NCBI GenBank assembly: GCA_030650095.1
Contig: JAUSEE010000007.1
Span: 16,812 to 80,811 of the forward strand
Source: Candidatus Buchananbacteria bacterium
GTDB taxonomy: Bacteria > Patescibacteriota > Patescibacteriia > 2-01-FULL-39-33
Length of the DNA: 64,000 bases
Direction of reading: 5' to 3'
Positions 44,050-53,503 of the stretch are shown here, piece by piece. The notes beneath the pieces were generated by a model. That model was not told where the DNA came from, did not search any database, and was given only the letters and a program-made list of their open reading frames with translations. The first letter of the stretch is position 1. Every line of letters starts with the position of its first letter. The position numbers and the translations under genes are program-made.

Positions 44050-45327
44050 TTATTTGAGAGAATTATAGACAGCCAACGTTTCCCGGGCGCACTTGAACCA
44101 GCTAAAGGATTTGGATTTTTCCCGGCCGGCAATTATTAATGATTCTCTGAGAGATTTGTCAGTGATTAAACGCTGCAGGGCTTCGGTAATTTCCGATTCC
44201 TTATGCGGATCAACTAAAAGAGCGCCATCACTGCCGGTGATTTCCGGCAAAGAACTTATATTGGAAGTAATCACCGGCACGCCCAAATTCATGGCTTCCA
44301 AAACCGGCAGGCCGAAGCCTTCATAAAAACTAGGAAAGACAAAACATTTAGCCTGGCACAACAAAGCCATTTTTTCATCATGGGAAACATAACCTATATA
44401 TTTCACCGGCTGATTCTGTCTTCTTTCCAATCCGCTTCTTCTTTCGGCCGATAATTTTTTTTTGGCCATAGAAGAAATATGCTGACGCCTTTCTGTGCCA
44501 TTTCTTTTTTCTTTAATGCCCAAGATGCTGGCATTAGCATCAGCAATAGCCTTATAAACAGGCTGGTCGCTCCAGCCTTGGCTCCCTGCAATCACCAGTT
44601 GGTATTCTCTTAACGGAGAGCCATAAGCCAGGCACAAATTTCGAAAAGCTTTAATAATATTTACTATATTTTTACGCGGTTCAATAGTACCGATAAATAA
44701 AATAAAATTATCCTGCAAGCCGTATTTTTTAGCTAGATCAGAAAAATTACTTATTCTGGAACAGGTTTCACCGTTATCTAAGACGCCCTCTGGCACTATT
44801 TCTATTTTTTCCTCGGGAATTTTAAATTCCTCAATTATATCTTTTTTAGTATTTTTAGAAACAGCGATTATCTTAGACGCCTTTTTCATGGAATTAGGCA
44901 CCAGTACTTTGGTGGAAAATGGTTGGCGGTTAAAAGCTTTCTTGGGAAAAAATTCCGGGTATTTATAAATGCCCAAATCATGGACAGTAATAATTGATTT
45001 TTTGTGGTAATAAAGAGGAATAATATTGGCTGGGGAATGGAAAATATCCAAATCTGCCTTGTTTAAAACGGCACTGACGATTATTTGCGAATAAATTATA
45101 GGCAAAAATTTCTTATACTGATAAAGAGGAAAAAAATTAATGGTGGCATTGTGATATTTTTTAAACTCTTCAAACCCTTTAAAACGGCTGTCAAAAAATA
45201 AGATGTATTCATTTTTTTTATCAACAGCCAAAAGATTTTTGACTAAATAATAAGTATAATGGCCGATGCCGGCTCTCTCTCCGCCTGAAACATTTAAAAT
45301 TGTTCGGCAATCAATGCCTATTCTCAT
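44050..45327 (-). CDS. Family GT4 (GT1-fold) glycosyltransferase
   Basis: C-terminal motif EGFGLPVLEAMNLGVPVITSNISSLPEI, preceded by an Arg-rich insert. Confidence 0.8.
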   Translation of the reverse strand: MRIGIDCRTILNVSGGERAGIGHYTYYLVKNLLAVDKKNEYILFFDSRFKGFEEFKKYHNATINFFPLYQYKKFLPIIYSQIIVSAVLNKADLDIFHSPANIIPLYYHKKSIITVHDLGIYKYPEFFPKKAFNRQPFSTKVLVPNSMKKASKIIAVSKNTKKDIIEEFKIPEEKIEIVPEGVLDNGETCSRISNFSDLAKKYGLQDNFILFIGTIEPRKNIVNIIKAFRNLCLAYGSPLREYQLVIAGSQGWSDQPVYKAIADANASILGIKEKRNGTERRQHISSMAKKKLSAERRSGLERRQNQPVKYIGYVSHDEKMALLCQAKCFVFPSFYEGFGLPVLEAMNLGVPVITSNISSLPEITGSDGALLVDPHKESEITEALQRLITDKSLRESLIIAGREKSKSFSWFKCARETLAVYNSLK

Positions 45328-45330
45328 ATG

Positions 45331-46587
45331 TTATTTTAAGAGATTTTTAAATTTTTTCTCATCTTTAAATGGTCCGATAATCGCCAAGCTGGCTTTATTT
45401 ATATTGATGATATCTTTGGCCACGGCTATAATATCGCTATTTTTCACAGCCGCTATTTTTTTATTTTTCTCCTCCGGGGTCAGGATTTTTCCAATCATCA
45501 GTTCCTGCTGCCCGTACCACTGGGAGATATGGGATGTATCTTCCAAATCCAAAGCCGTCCGACCAAACAAATATTCTTTGGCTCGTTTTAGTTCTTCGGC
45601 TGTAACTCCTTTTTTCATTTTTTTAAGCTCTGCAATAATCATAGCAATAGCGCTTTCCACTCTGGATTTATCCAGGCCGGATTGGATGATTAAAGCGCCG
45701 GTATCTTCGTAGACGCTTAAAAATGATCGGACAAAATAAGCCAGGCCGTTTCTTTCCCTGATTTGTAAAAATAACCTGGAACTCATATTACCGCCCAAGA
45801 CCACAGAAAGCAGCTGCAAGGCATAGAGTCTTTTATCAGCATAAGGATAAGCCGGAAAACCTAAGGCTATTTGGGTCTGTTCTGTTTCTTTGAACTTTAT
45901 AGCCACTTGCGGCTGGCTGGCTTTTATTTTTATTTTATTGAAGGGATTTTTTGTAGCCGTCTTTTTGAATTTGAACTTGTCTTTTAACTCTTTTAAATGA
46001 GAGTCATTAAAATTACCCGAAAGGCAGATAACAACATTGCTGCCGTTATAGAATTTATTTCTATAACTTATCAAATCGCTTCTGGACATCTTCTTAACTG
46101 TCTCCCTGGTGCCGGCGATTGATTTGCCCAGTTGATGACCAGCGTACATAATCTGTTCGAGTAAATCATTAATATACATCATGGGATTATCCTCATACAT
46201 ATTTATCTCTTCAATGATAACTCCCCTTTCCCGTTTGATTTCCTTATCATCAAACTTGGCATTAAGAAGCATGTCAGATAAAACATCAATAGCCAGTGAT
46301 AAATGTTTGGCATCTGATTTAATATAATAACCGGTATAATCTTTGCCGGTAAAAGCATTGAATTCAGCTCCTATGCCATCCAATTCTTTAGACAAATCCA
46401 AGGCGGTTGGCCTTTTTTTGGTGCCCTTAAACATCAGATGTTCGATAAAATGAGAACCGCCGTTAACCTTGTTGTTTTCATCTCGACTGCCAACTTTGAA
46501 CAAAACCAATAAATTGGCGGTTTGCGTTTCTTTTAACGGCGCAGTGATCAGCCTAACTTTATTAGGCCATATTGTTTTTTGATACAT
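45331..46587 (-). CDS. M16 family (insulinase-like) zinc peptidase
   Basis: Inverted zinc motif HFIEHLMFKGT (HxxEH). Confidence 0.8.
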   Translation of the reverse strand: MYQKTIWPNKVRLITAPLKETQTANLLVLFKVGSRDENNKVNGGSHFIEHLMFKGTKKRPTALDLSKELDGIGAEFNAFTGKDYTGYYIKSDAKHLSLAIDVLSDMLLNAKFDDKEIKRERGVIIEEINMYEDNPMMYINDLLEQIMYAGHQLGKSIAGTRETVKKMSRSDLISYRNKFYNGSNVVICLSGNFNDSHLKELKDKFKFKKTATKNPFNKIKIKASQPQVAIKFKETEQTQIALGFPAYPYADKRLYALQLLSVVLGGNMSSRLFLQIRERNGLAYFVRSFLSVYEDTGALIIQSGLDKSRVESAIAMIIAELKKMKKGVTAEELKRAKEYLFGRTALDLEDTSHISQWYGQQELMIGKILTPEEKNKKIAAVKNSDIIAVAKDIININKASLAIIGPFKDEKKFKNLLK

Positions 46588-46670
46588 TATATTTAAATGA
46601 TATTTTTTAGACGCTTAAATAATTCCTCTTTTACTTCAGTGGGAGGAATCGTTTTTTTATCAGGGTATTG

Positions 46671-48044
46671 TTATTTAAGATTTTTGATTAAATAATCTTT
46701 AAGATTATCCAAAGAAACCCTTTCTTGCTCCATAGTGTCGCGATCGCGGACAGTAACAGTGCCATCAGCCAAAGTGTCAAAATCAATTGTCACGCAATAA
46801 GGCGTACCGATTTCATCTTGGCGCCTGTACCTTTTGCCGATATTGCCATTATCATCGAATTCACACATGAATTCTCCTTTTAACAAATCAAAAACTTCTT
46901 TGGCCTTAGAAACCAGATTTTCCTTATTTTTTAACAAAGGGAAAATAGCCGCTTTAATCGGAGCCAGATTTTTGGGAAATTTTAAAACAATCCTGGTTTC
47001 ATCTCCCACTGCTTCTTCAGTATAAGCCGAAGACAGCGCCACTAAAACGCTTCTATCCACGCCAAAAGTCGGTTCTAGGACATGGGGGATGTATTTGCGA
47101 TTGCTGGCTTGATCCAAATAAGTAAGATCTTCCCCGGAAAATTTAGAATGCTGGGTCAAATCAAAATCACCCCGATGCGCCAAACCGTACAATTCGCTGA
47201 AACCAAAGGGGAAATTATACTCTATATCAACTGTTTTTTTGGAATAATGCGACAATTTTTCCTTAGGGTGTTCATATTTTTTCAAATCTTTTTTATGGGC
47301 GCCCAAAGCCAGAGCGAATTTTTCCTGGGCTACAAGCCACTCTTCAAATAAAGGCTCCCATTTGGTTTTTGGGTCAATAAAATATTCAATTTCCATTTGT
47401 TCAAATTCACGCAAGCGGAATATAAAATTGCCAGCGATGATTTCGTTTCTGAAGGCTTTGCCGATTTGAGCGATACCGAAAGGAATCTTAACTCTCATGG
47501 AATCAATGACATTTTTAAAATCAACAAAAATAGCCCCAGCAGTTTCCGGCCTTAGATAAACCGGCTCATCAATGCCGTTCATTTCGGTTTTAAACATCAT
47601 GTTAAAATTTCTAACTTCGGTCCAATTTGATTTGCCGCAATTGGGACATTTTACTTTTTCATCTTTCAAAATATCCGACATGGCTTTTAAATCACCCTCC
47701 AAGTCACGACCGGTTGACTGTTCTACTAGATGATCGGCCCGAAATCTCTTTTTGCATTCTTTGCAATCAACCATAGCATCATTGAAACCGCTGGTATGGC
47801 CGGAGGCCTCCCAGACTTTTGGATTAAGCATAATAGGGCCGTCCAAACCAACAATATCCTGCCTGTCAGAAACAAATGTCTTCCACCATAAATTTTTTAT
47901 ATTGTTCTTCAATTCTGTGCCATACGGGCCATAGCTGTAAGAATTGGCAAAGCCGCCGTAGATTTCTGATCCAGGGAAAACAAAGCCTCTCCTTTTGGCT
48001 AAAGAAACTATTTTTTGCATTAAATCGTCGTTGTTTTTGGGCAT
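46671..48044 (-). CDS. glyQS: Glycyl-tRNA synthetase (dimeric alpha2 type)
   Basis: N-terminus IVSLAKRRGFVFPGSEIYGGFANSYSYGPYG, class II motifs and a C-terminal anticodon-binding domain. Confidence 0.9.
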   Translation of the reverse strand: MPKNNDDLMQKIVSLAKRRGFVFPGSEIYGGFANSYSYGPYGTELKNNIKNLWWKTFVSDRQDIVGLDGPIMLNPKVWEASGHTSGFNDAMVDCKECKKRFRADHLVEQSTGRDLEGDLKAMSDILKDEKVKCPNCGKSNWTEVRNFNMMFKTEMNGIDEPVYLRPETAGAIFVDFKNVIDSMRVKIPFGIAQIGKAFRNEIIAGNFIFRLREFEQMEIEYFIDPKTKWEPLFEEWLVAQEKFALALGAHKKDLKKYEHPKEKLSHYSKKTVDIEYNFPFGFSELYGLAHRGDFDLTQHSKFSGEDLTYLDQASNRKYIPHVLEPTFGVDRSVLVALSSAYTEEAVGDETRIVLKFPKNLAPIKAAIFPLLKNKENLVSKAKEVFDLLKGEFMCEFDDNGNIGKRYRRQDEIGTPYCVTIDFDTLADGTVTVRDRDTMEQERVSLDNLKDYLIKNLK

Positions 48045-48135
48045 AAATATTGAGAAATAATTTATTTTTAGCAGGTTGCAGTAATAATCTAATTAAGCCA
48101 TCTTAACTAAAAAAATGGGTTTTGACAAATGAAAG

Positions 48136-48876
48136 TTAACGGCCCGATGAAGATGATTTTTTCCAATCATCAAAGTATATTTGAGTCCTGATAGACTCCG
48201 CTCCGGCCACCGCCTGGTATTTATCTTTAAGAGTGCCGGCTAATTTGTTTATTTTTTCGGTAATAATCTCATCCGATATCTTGTACCTGAGGGTGCGGCT
48301 GTCTAAAGCCAAAGCCACATTAGCCGTATTCCGGCCCAACGCTTTAAAAGAATCAGCTAAAATAAGCGTAGAGTTCCAAGAGCTGCCAACTGCATAAGAA
48401 AAATACTGGTGGCTGTAACTGTAAACTTTACCAGTATAATTCAAAAAATATTCTCCAGCTACATATTCCTTGGCCGTTAGGCCTTTGGCTGATAAAGCTG
48501 CCTCATGTCCGTTAGGAGAAAATGCCAGCCAATTTAAAGAAAAAGAAAATAAAGAAAAAATAAATAAGATTAAAAACATCTGAGGCAGGAGCTTTAAATG
48601 CCAGCGGCTTTCCGGCAGAAAGCCAACCCAGCCGTTTTTACCATGCATTTCCTTATCGGCTATGGCCAGTTGTATAGCCGACTTAACTGATTTTTGGTAA
48701 TCCTTAAACCAATCGTTAGTCGTCAGCCAATCATCGCCCACCTTAAAAGATTTTAATTTGCCGCGGCTGGCTTCATTGAGCAGGAATTCCAAACTATATC
48801 TTTGTGATTTTGACAATTCAAAAAGAGTGATGTATTCGGCTTCGTCATTAAAAATTTTAGCGGTATCCATAGGCAT
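48136..48876 (-). CDS. Hypothetical membrane-associated protein
   Basis: ORF with one TM segment; no motif recognised. Confidence 0.4.
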   Translation of the reverse strand: MPMDTAKIFNDEAEYITLFELSKSQRYSLEFLLNEASRGKLKSFKVGDDWLTTNDWFKDYQKSVKSAIQLAIADKEMHGKNGWVGFLPESRWHLKLLPQMFLILFIFSLFSFSLNWLAFSPNGHEAALSAKGLTAKEYVAGEYFLNYTGKVYSYSHQYFSYAVGSSWNSTLILADSFKALGRNTANVALALDSRTLRYKISDEIITEKINKLAGTLKDKYQAVAGAESIRTQIYFDDWKKSSSSGR

Positions 48877-48966
48877 GTATAAATAAACAAATATGAATTT
48901 ATAACATTTCCATTATAACATAAAAGGACGTGGTTTTCCACGCCCTTTTTTATCAGAAAATATCTT

Positions 48967-49521
48967 CTATTTTTTCTTGTTTTGTTCGTCGATATAAGCT
49001 GTTATGGCAGTAACTACCTTGGAATCATCCTTTAATTTTTCGGTTAGCATTATTTGATCCCTATTTATAACCATGCGATCAGCCGGACCATGCAATTCAT
49101 TACCCAATTTAGCCAAGGTTAGTTCTTGCTGGCTCTTGCTTTGATCGGTTGTAGGCGTTTCCTGGCTCTGCTGCAAAGGTTTGGTAACAACTTGCAAGTA
49201 ATAAATGTCGGTTAAGATCAAATCCCGACTGGTTATGTTTTCAACTTTGCCAAAATAAACCTGCCCGTTGGCCAAAAATATTGCTTGCCAATCATCACTG
49301 CTGGAACTCATGCCCGGCAAATTGACGCCGGTGTATTTGTCCACTAAATACCAACCGCCCACCACTACGATAATAATTACCACGGCAATAATGATGAATT
49401 TACCTATACCACCCCCGCTTTGGCGCGGATAAGCAAAATCTTGCACGCCCTGACCCATTGTATCTTGCTCATCAGGAATTATTTCCGAGACCTGATGACC
49501 GCCTCTTTTCTTGTAAGCCAT
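48967..49521 (-). CDS. Hypothetical single-pass membrane protein
   Basis: ORF with TM helix FIIIAVVIIIVVVGGWYLV. Confidence 0.4.
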   Translation of the reverse strand: MAYKKRGGHQVSEIIPDEQDTMGQGVQDFAYPRQSGGGIGKFIIIAVVIIIVVVGGWYLVDKYTGVNLPGMSSSSDDWQAIFLANGQVYFGKVENITSRDLILTDIYYLQVVTKPLQQSQETPTTDQSKSQQELTLAKLGNELHGPADRMVINRDQIMLTEKLKDDSKVVTAITAYIDEQNKKK

Positions 49522-49615
49522 TATTTTTCCCTTTGGTTTTTTGTAAATGGCAGAATAATATTAATCAATAAATTCTACTCCGCGTTCACAAAAAACTTAT
49601 TAGTTAATAAATTTT

Positions 49616-50665
49616 TTATTCTTCTTTTATTTCCAAGACATCATTTAAAGCAATACTCATAGCCGTAGCTACCGGAACAGCTATGACAATTCCTAAAACA
49701 CCGGCTAGCTTAAAGCCAATCATCATGGCAATAATAGTGATGATGGGATTCAAACCGACAGCTTTCTGCATCACTTTTGGAACTATGATATTATTTTCTA
49801 ACTGTTGGATTATAACATAAATAATCAGTACTCCCACCACCAACGCCGGTGATTGCGTCAGAGCGATAAAAATAGCCGGAATAGCTCCGATAAAAGGACC
49901 GATATAAGGAATGAGCTCGGTAACGCCGGCAAATAAAGCCAGGACCAGAGCGTATTTTATGCCTAAAATCGTCAGACCGAACCAGCAAAGCACGAATATT
50001 ATCAAAGACAAAACCAATTGCCCTCTAAACCACATGCCTATCTTTTCTTGTATCCTGTTAACCAAATGCGTAACATAGGGCTGATATTTTACCGGTACGA
50101 GTGATCTTAAAACCCTTTTCATGCCATGCTCTTCAATAGTCAAATAGAAGGTTAAGACGGCCACTATTAAAATAGATATTATGCCGCCCAAGAAAGCAAA
50201 GAAAGTGCTGAATATGCCGCCGGCCGCCGCCTGGATGGCATTAACATTGGATTGCAAATCATTTAAAGATTTCTGGATATTGTCGGTCCAGCCATGGCTA
50301 TCGGAATAGGTGCGCAAGCTTTCTATATTGCCGGAAAGCTTTTCCCAGTAAGCTGGAAAATCATCGGTCAAACCCTTAACCTCGGTAGATATAGGTGGTA
50401 TAATCAAATAAACAGCTCCAACTAAAACCAAGATTATAAACAGATATATTATAAGTATGCCGAAGCCTCGCGGAATCTTATGCTTCTGCATAAAATCAAC
50501 GAAGGGGTCCAGAGCGGAAGCTAGGATTAAAGCCACAAAAATAATCAGGATGACATCTCGAATAAAAAATATGAAAAAAATTATCAAAAACAAAACCGAT
50601 AATTTGAACAATGACAAAATGGAAATATCAAAAGTTATTTTTTTGGGTAATTCGGGATTTGCCAT
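49616..50665 (-). CDS. AI-2E family transporter (PerM/YhhT-like)
   Basis: 8-TM topology with TELIPYIGPFIGAIPAIFIAL characteristic of the family. Confidence 0.7.
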   Translation of the reverse strand: MANPELPKKITFDISILSLFKLSVLFLIIFFIFFIRDVILIIFVALILASALDPFVDFMQKHKIPRGFGILIIYLFIILVLVGAVYLIIPPISTEVKGLTDDFPAYWEKLSGNIESLRTYSDSHGWTDNIQKSLNDLQSNVNAIQAAAGGIFSTFFAFLGGIISILIVAVLTFYLTIEEHGMKRVLRSLVPVKYQPYVTHLVNRIQEKIGMWFRGQLVLSLIIFVLCWFGLTILGIKYALVLALFAGVTELIPYIGPFIGAIPAIFIALTQSPALVVGVLIIYVIIQQLENNIIVPKVMQKAVGLNPIITIIAMMIGFKLAGVLGIVIAVPVATAMSIALNDVLEIKEE

Positions 50666-50870
50666 TTTTCTATAAATGAGTTAATTTTGTTAATTAAGCA
50701 AGTGTCCACTTGCACCATTAAAAATGTCATTCCGAGCGAAAGCGAAGCTGTAGTCGAGGAATCTTATACATAAATTATACTTTAATATAAAATACAAAGT
50801 CAATAAGATGATAAAAGACACAGTCAGGCCCAGTTAAATAACCCGTATAATCAAGGCATTAGCAAAATCT

Positions 50871-51374
50871 ATGAAACAGAAACCAACTGATATTACCAAA
50901 AAGAAAATTAACCGGCCAAGCAAGACTATCGCTACTAATAAAGAAGGTTTGTTCAATTATGAAATAATCGAAAAATATCAAGCCGGATTGGTCCTAAGCG
51001 GACCAGAAGTAAAAGCAGCCAAGCTGGGACAAATGAGCTTAAAAGGCTCTTATGTGACCATAGACAATAACAGCGAAGTTTGGCTGATAAAATCCTACAT
51101 CACGCCGTACAAGCCGGCCAAAAGCGCCCAGGCCAAATATGATCCGGGCCAGAAAAGAAAGCTGCTTTTGCACAAAGAAGAAATAAGCTCGCTCCTAGGC
51201 AAAAGCAAACAAAAAGGCTTGACAATTATACCAATAAATGTATATACTAAGAGAGGATTAATAAAAGCTGATATTGCCCTGGCCCGAGGTAAGACCAAGA
51301 TTGATAAAAGGGAAACCATCAAGAAACGGGAGGCCAGCCGGGAAATAGCCAGAACATTAAAACAAAGGGTTTAA
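50871..51374 (+). CDS. smpB: SsrA-binding protein SmpB
   Basis: Motif TIATNKEGLFNYEIIEKYQAGLVLSGPEVKAAKLGQMSLKGSYV and a basic C-terminal tail. Confidence 0.9.
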   Translation: MKQKPTDITKKKINRPSKTIATNKEGLFNYEIIEKYQAGLVLSGPEVKAAKLGQMSLKGSYVTIDNNSEVWLIKSYITPYKPAKSAQAKYDPGQKRKLLLHKEEISSLLGKSKQKGLTIIPINVYTKRGLIKADIALARGKTKIDKRETIKKREASREIARTLKQRV

Positions 51375-51763
51375 GGGGATGTATTGTTTCGATGGGAGGC
51401 CTTAAATTTGAAGTTAGCAGGACGAGATTGGCACTTGCTCGCAAACTAAATGCCAAAGCACATAAGTGCAAACAACTTTTTAAGCAAAGTAAAATCTGCC
51501 TTTGGTGGATTTGCTTTCGCTCCTGCTGTTGCTTAATTGCTTAACAGCCATCGCCCTGCCCACGCCTAGGTAGGCAAGAAGCGGTGTTATAACTCTAGGA
51601 CAGATAGGCCAGTCTATTCGAACAGGCCTATTTAAATTATTTCGAATAAAGCCGAATCTGTTTTGTTCTTTTAATAGGATCCGGCTAAAAAAATAAAAGA
51701 AATAATCTTGTACACTGACTTTTGATTTACTTCCAGACAGGAGCTCATTACTCCTCATCTCCA
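51375..51763 (+). ncRNA. ssrA: tmRNA (ssrA), starting on the nucleotide after the smpB stop codon. The predicted tag reading frame ends ...FGGFAFAPAVA-TAA. The 3' end lacks an encoded CCA.
   Basis: 5' end GGGGATGTATTGTTTCGATGGGAGG (compare E. coli GGGGCTGATTCTGGATTCGACGGGA). Internal ORF gca aac aac ttt tta agc ... gct gtt gct taa. The 3' T-arm-like AGGAG-ctcatta-CTCCT precedes CATCTCC, which pairs with the 5' GGGGATG. Confidence 0.7.
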
Positions 51764-51809
51764 CTAAGTAATTAGCAGGCATTAATAAATAATTTTTATA
51801 ACACAGCCG

Positions 51810-52370
51810 ATGAGAAGATCATTTAGGGGTGGCAAACAGCAAATTCAGACCGCAATCAAAGAACTCAAAATCAATGAGAGAATTTTAGCGCCTGAAGTAA
51901 TGGTTATAGACGAAAACGGACAAAATATAGGTGTCATCTCCAAATTCGAAGCGGTGGAAATAGCCAAGTCAAAAGATTTGGATCTGGTGGAAGTATCGCC
52001 CTTGGTAGACCCGCCTATTTGCAAAATCATGAACTACGGCAGTTATAAGTACCAGAAAGAAAAACAGGAAAGAAAGCACAAGGCCAAACAGAAAGTGTCT
52101 GAACTTAAAACCATAAAAGTATCCAGCCGGATAAGCAATCATGATTTGGATTTGCGAGTAGACCAATCGGTGAAATTTTTAACCGATGGCAACAAAGTTC
52201 GCATAGAACTTCAGCTCAAAGGCAGAGAACACCAGCATGTCGATTTGGCCAAAGAGATAATCAATAAGATAATCACCCGAGTGAAAGAAAAGCTGGCCGG
52301 CAAAGAAATGAAAGTAGAACAGGATATCAAGAAACTGGGCAGCAAATTATCTGCCATCATCACCCTATAA
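51810..52370 (+). CDS. infC: Translation initiation factor IF-3
   Basis: INERILAPEVMVIDENGQNIGVIS...DLDLVEVSP..PPICKIMNYGSYKYQ; first gene of the infC-rpmI-rplT operon. Confidence 0.9.
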   Translation: MRRSFRGGKQQIQTAIKELKINERILAPEVMVIDENGQNIGVISKFEAVEIAKSKDLDLVEVSPLVDPPICKIMNYGSYKYQKEKQERKHKAKQKVSELKTIKVSSRISNHDLDLRVDQSVKFLTDGNKVRIELQLKGREHQHVDLAKEIINKIITRVKEKLAGKEMKVEQDIKKLGSKLSAIITL

Positions 52371-52419
52371 AAATAATATTAAATAATAAACAAGCTGTTG
52401 AAGCGATATAAGAAAAATT

Positions 52420-52617
52420 ATGCCAAAAATGAAAACCAGACAAGCTGTCGCCAAAAGGTTTAAAATAACCAAGAATGGAAAGGTTATCAAAAGAACCGGC
52501 GGACAAGACCATTTCAATGCCAGAGAAACTGGAAGAGTGAAGCGAAACAAAAGAAGAGATACGCAAATCGCTAAAGCCGACCAGAAGAACATCAAAAAAA
52601 TGATGCCTTATAACTAA
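52420..52617 (+). CDS. rpmI: 50S ribosomal protein L35
   Basis: Start MPKMKTRQAVAKRFKITKNGKV, 65 aa. Confidence 0.9.
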   Translation: MPKMKTRQAVAKRFKITKNGKVIKRTGGQDHFNARETGRVKRNKRRDTQIAKADQKNIKKMMPYN

Positions 52618-52639
52618 TAATAGTGACTAAACTAAAGAT

Positions 52640-52984
52640 ATGCCAAGAGTAAAAAGAGGTGTAATACATACCAAAAACAGAAGAGGTATTTTAAAAAGAG
52701 CCAAAGGCTTTAAATGGGGACGAAAAAAATTAATCAAAGTTGCCAAAACCGCTATCACTAAAGCCGATGCTTACGCTTTTAGAGACAGGAGAGCCAAGAA
52801 AAGAACCATGAGAGCTTTGTGGCAGATTCAGCTTAATGCCGCTGTTAGGGAACATGGACTTTCTTATAGCAAATTTATTGCCGGTTTGAAAAAAGCCAAA
52901 ATTGATTTGGACAGAAAAGTCTTATCAGAGCTAGCCAGAAAAGAACCAAGTATATTTGCCAAAATTGTTGAAAAAGTAAAATAA
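52640..52984 (+). CDS. rplT: 50S ribosomal protein L20
   Basis: Start MPRVKRGVIHTKNRRGILKRAKGF. Confidence 0.9.
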   Translation: MPRVKRGVIHTKNRRGILKRAKGFKWGRKKLIKVAKTAITKADAYAFRDRRAKKRTMRALWQIQLNAAVREHGLSYSKFIAGLKKAKIDLDRKVLSELARKEPSIFAKIVEKVK

Positions 52985-52996
52985 TCAGATACAAAT

Positions 52997-53021
52997 AAAA
53001 CCGCCCGGGAGGCGGTTTTTG
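52997..53021 (+). terminator. Rho-independent terminator after rplT
   Basis: AAAACCGCC cggga GGCGGTTTTT. Confidence 0.85.
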
Positions 53022-53031
53022 CGTCTATCTA

Positions 53032-53060
53032 TTGACTTTTGCGCCGTTTAATGATAAAAT
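53032..53060 (+). promoter_or_regulatory. Sigma70-like promoter (extended -10) upstream of the tRNA-Asp locus
   Basis: TTGACT, a 17-nt spacer and tgaTAAAAT. The transcript would include the two tRNA-Asp 5' fragments and the intact gene. Confidence 0.5.
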
Positions 53061-53114
53061 CATATTTGATACTTAGATTAAGTATTTTTTATTTAAAATA
53101 TTTAAAAACACTTT

Positions 53115-53169
53115 GGAGACGTAGCTTCCGCCTCGGCTTCGCCTTAGGCGAGACGGGCAGCTGGTTAGA
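53115..53169 (+). pseudogene. tRNA-Asp 5' fragment A, carrying a 31-nt insertion in the D-loop
   Basis: GGAGACGTAGCT-[tccgcctcggcttcgccttaggcgagacggg]-CAGCTGGTTAGA, then sequence unrelated to the tRNA. Confidence 0.6.
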
Positions 53170-53213
53170 ATACATTGGCGGAATCAAATAAAGTCACTTA
53201 ATTTCATACATTT

Positions 53214-53288
53214 GGAGACATAGCTTCCGCCTCGGCTTCGCCTTAGGCGAGACGGGCAGCTGGTTAGAGCGCTTCCCTGTCACGGAAG
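53214..53288 (+). pseudogene. tRNA-Asp 5' fragment B (through the anticodon arm) with the same 31-nt D-loop insertion and the same 14-nt upstream flank as the intact gene
   Basis: aatttcatacattt GGAGACATAGCT-[31 nt]-CAGCTGGTTAGAGCGCTTCCCTGTCACGGAAG, then it diverges into the insert carrying hairpin-repeat copy 3. Confidence 0.6.
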
Positions 53289-53339
53289 AGGGTTGCGTAG
53301 CAACGGGTAGAAGCGAGCTAGGAGCTATGCGACTACAGC

Positions 53340-53385
53340 GAGCGTCGATGAATGCGAAAAAAATGAGCATTCAGCGCTACCCCGG
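53340..53385 (+). repeat. tRNA-associated hairpin repeat, copy 3
   Basis: GAGCGTCGA-TGAATGC-gaaaaaaatga-GCATTCA-GCGCTACCCCGG. Both stem positions that differ from copy 1 changed in a compensatory way. Confidence 0.75.
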
Positions 53386-53429
53386 AACGAGGGTTTCCCT
53401 CGACTGGACAATTTAATTTTCATACATTT

Positions 53430-53503
53430 GGAGACGTAGCTCAGCTGGTTAGAGCGCTTCCCTGTCACGGAAGTGGTCGAGGGTTCAAGTCCCTTCGTCT
53501 CCG
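53430..53503 (+). tRNA. tRNA-Asp (anticodon GUC); CCA not encoded
   Basis: GGAGACG TA GCTC AGCTGGTTA GAGC G CTTCC CTGTCAC GGAAG TGGTC GAGGG TTCAAGT CCCTT CGTCTCC G. Confidence 0.85.

Noticed and set aside
46605-46655. Hairpin ATTCCTC...GAGGAAT plus T-run downstream of glyQS on the opposite strand
   Set aside because: The T-run is on the plus strand, where no gene ends. As a minus-strand terminator for glyQS its U-run is weak, so it is left unannotated.
51480-51782. 100-aa minus-strand ORF
   Set aside because: It overlaps the tmRNA gene predicted at 51375..51763, and the RNA gene explains the sequence.
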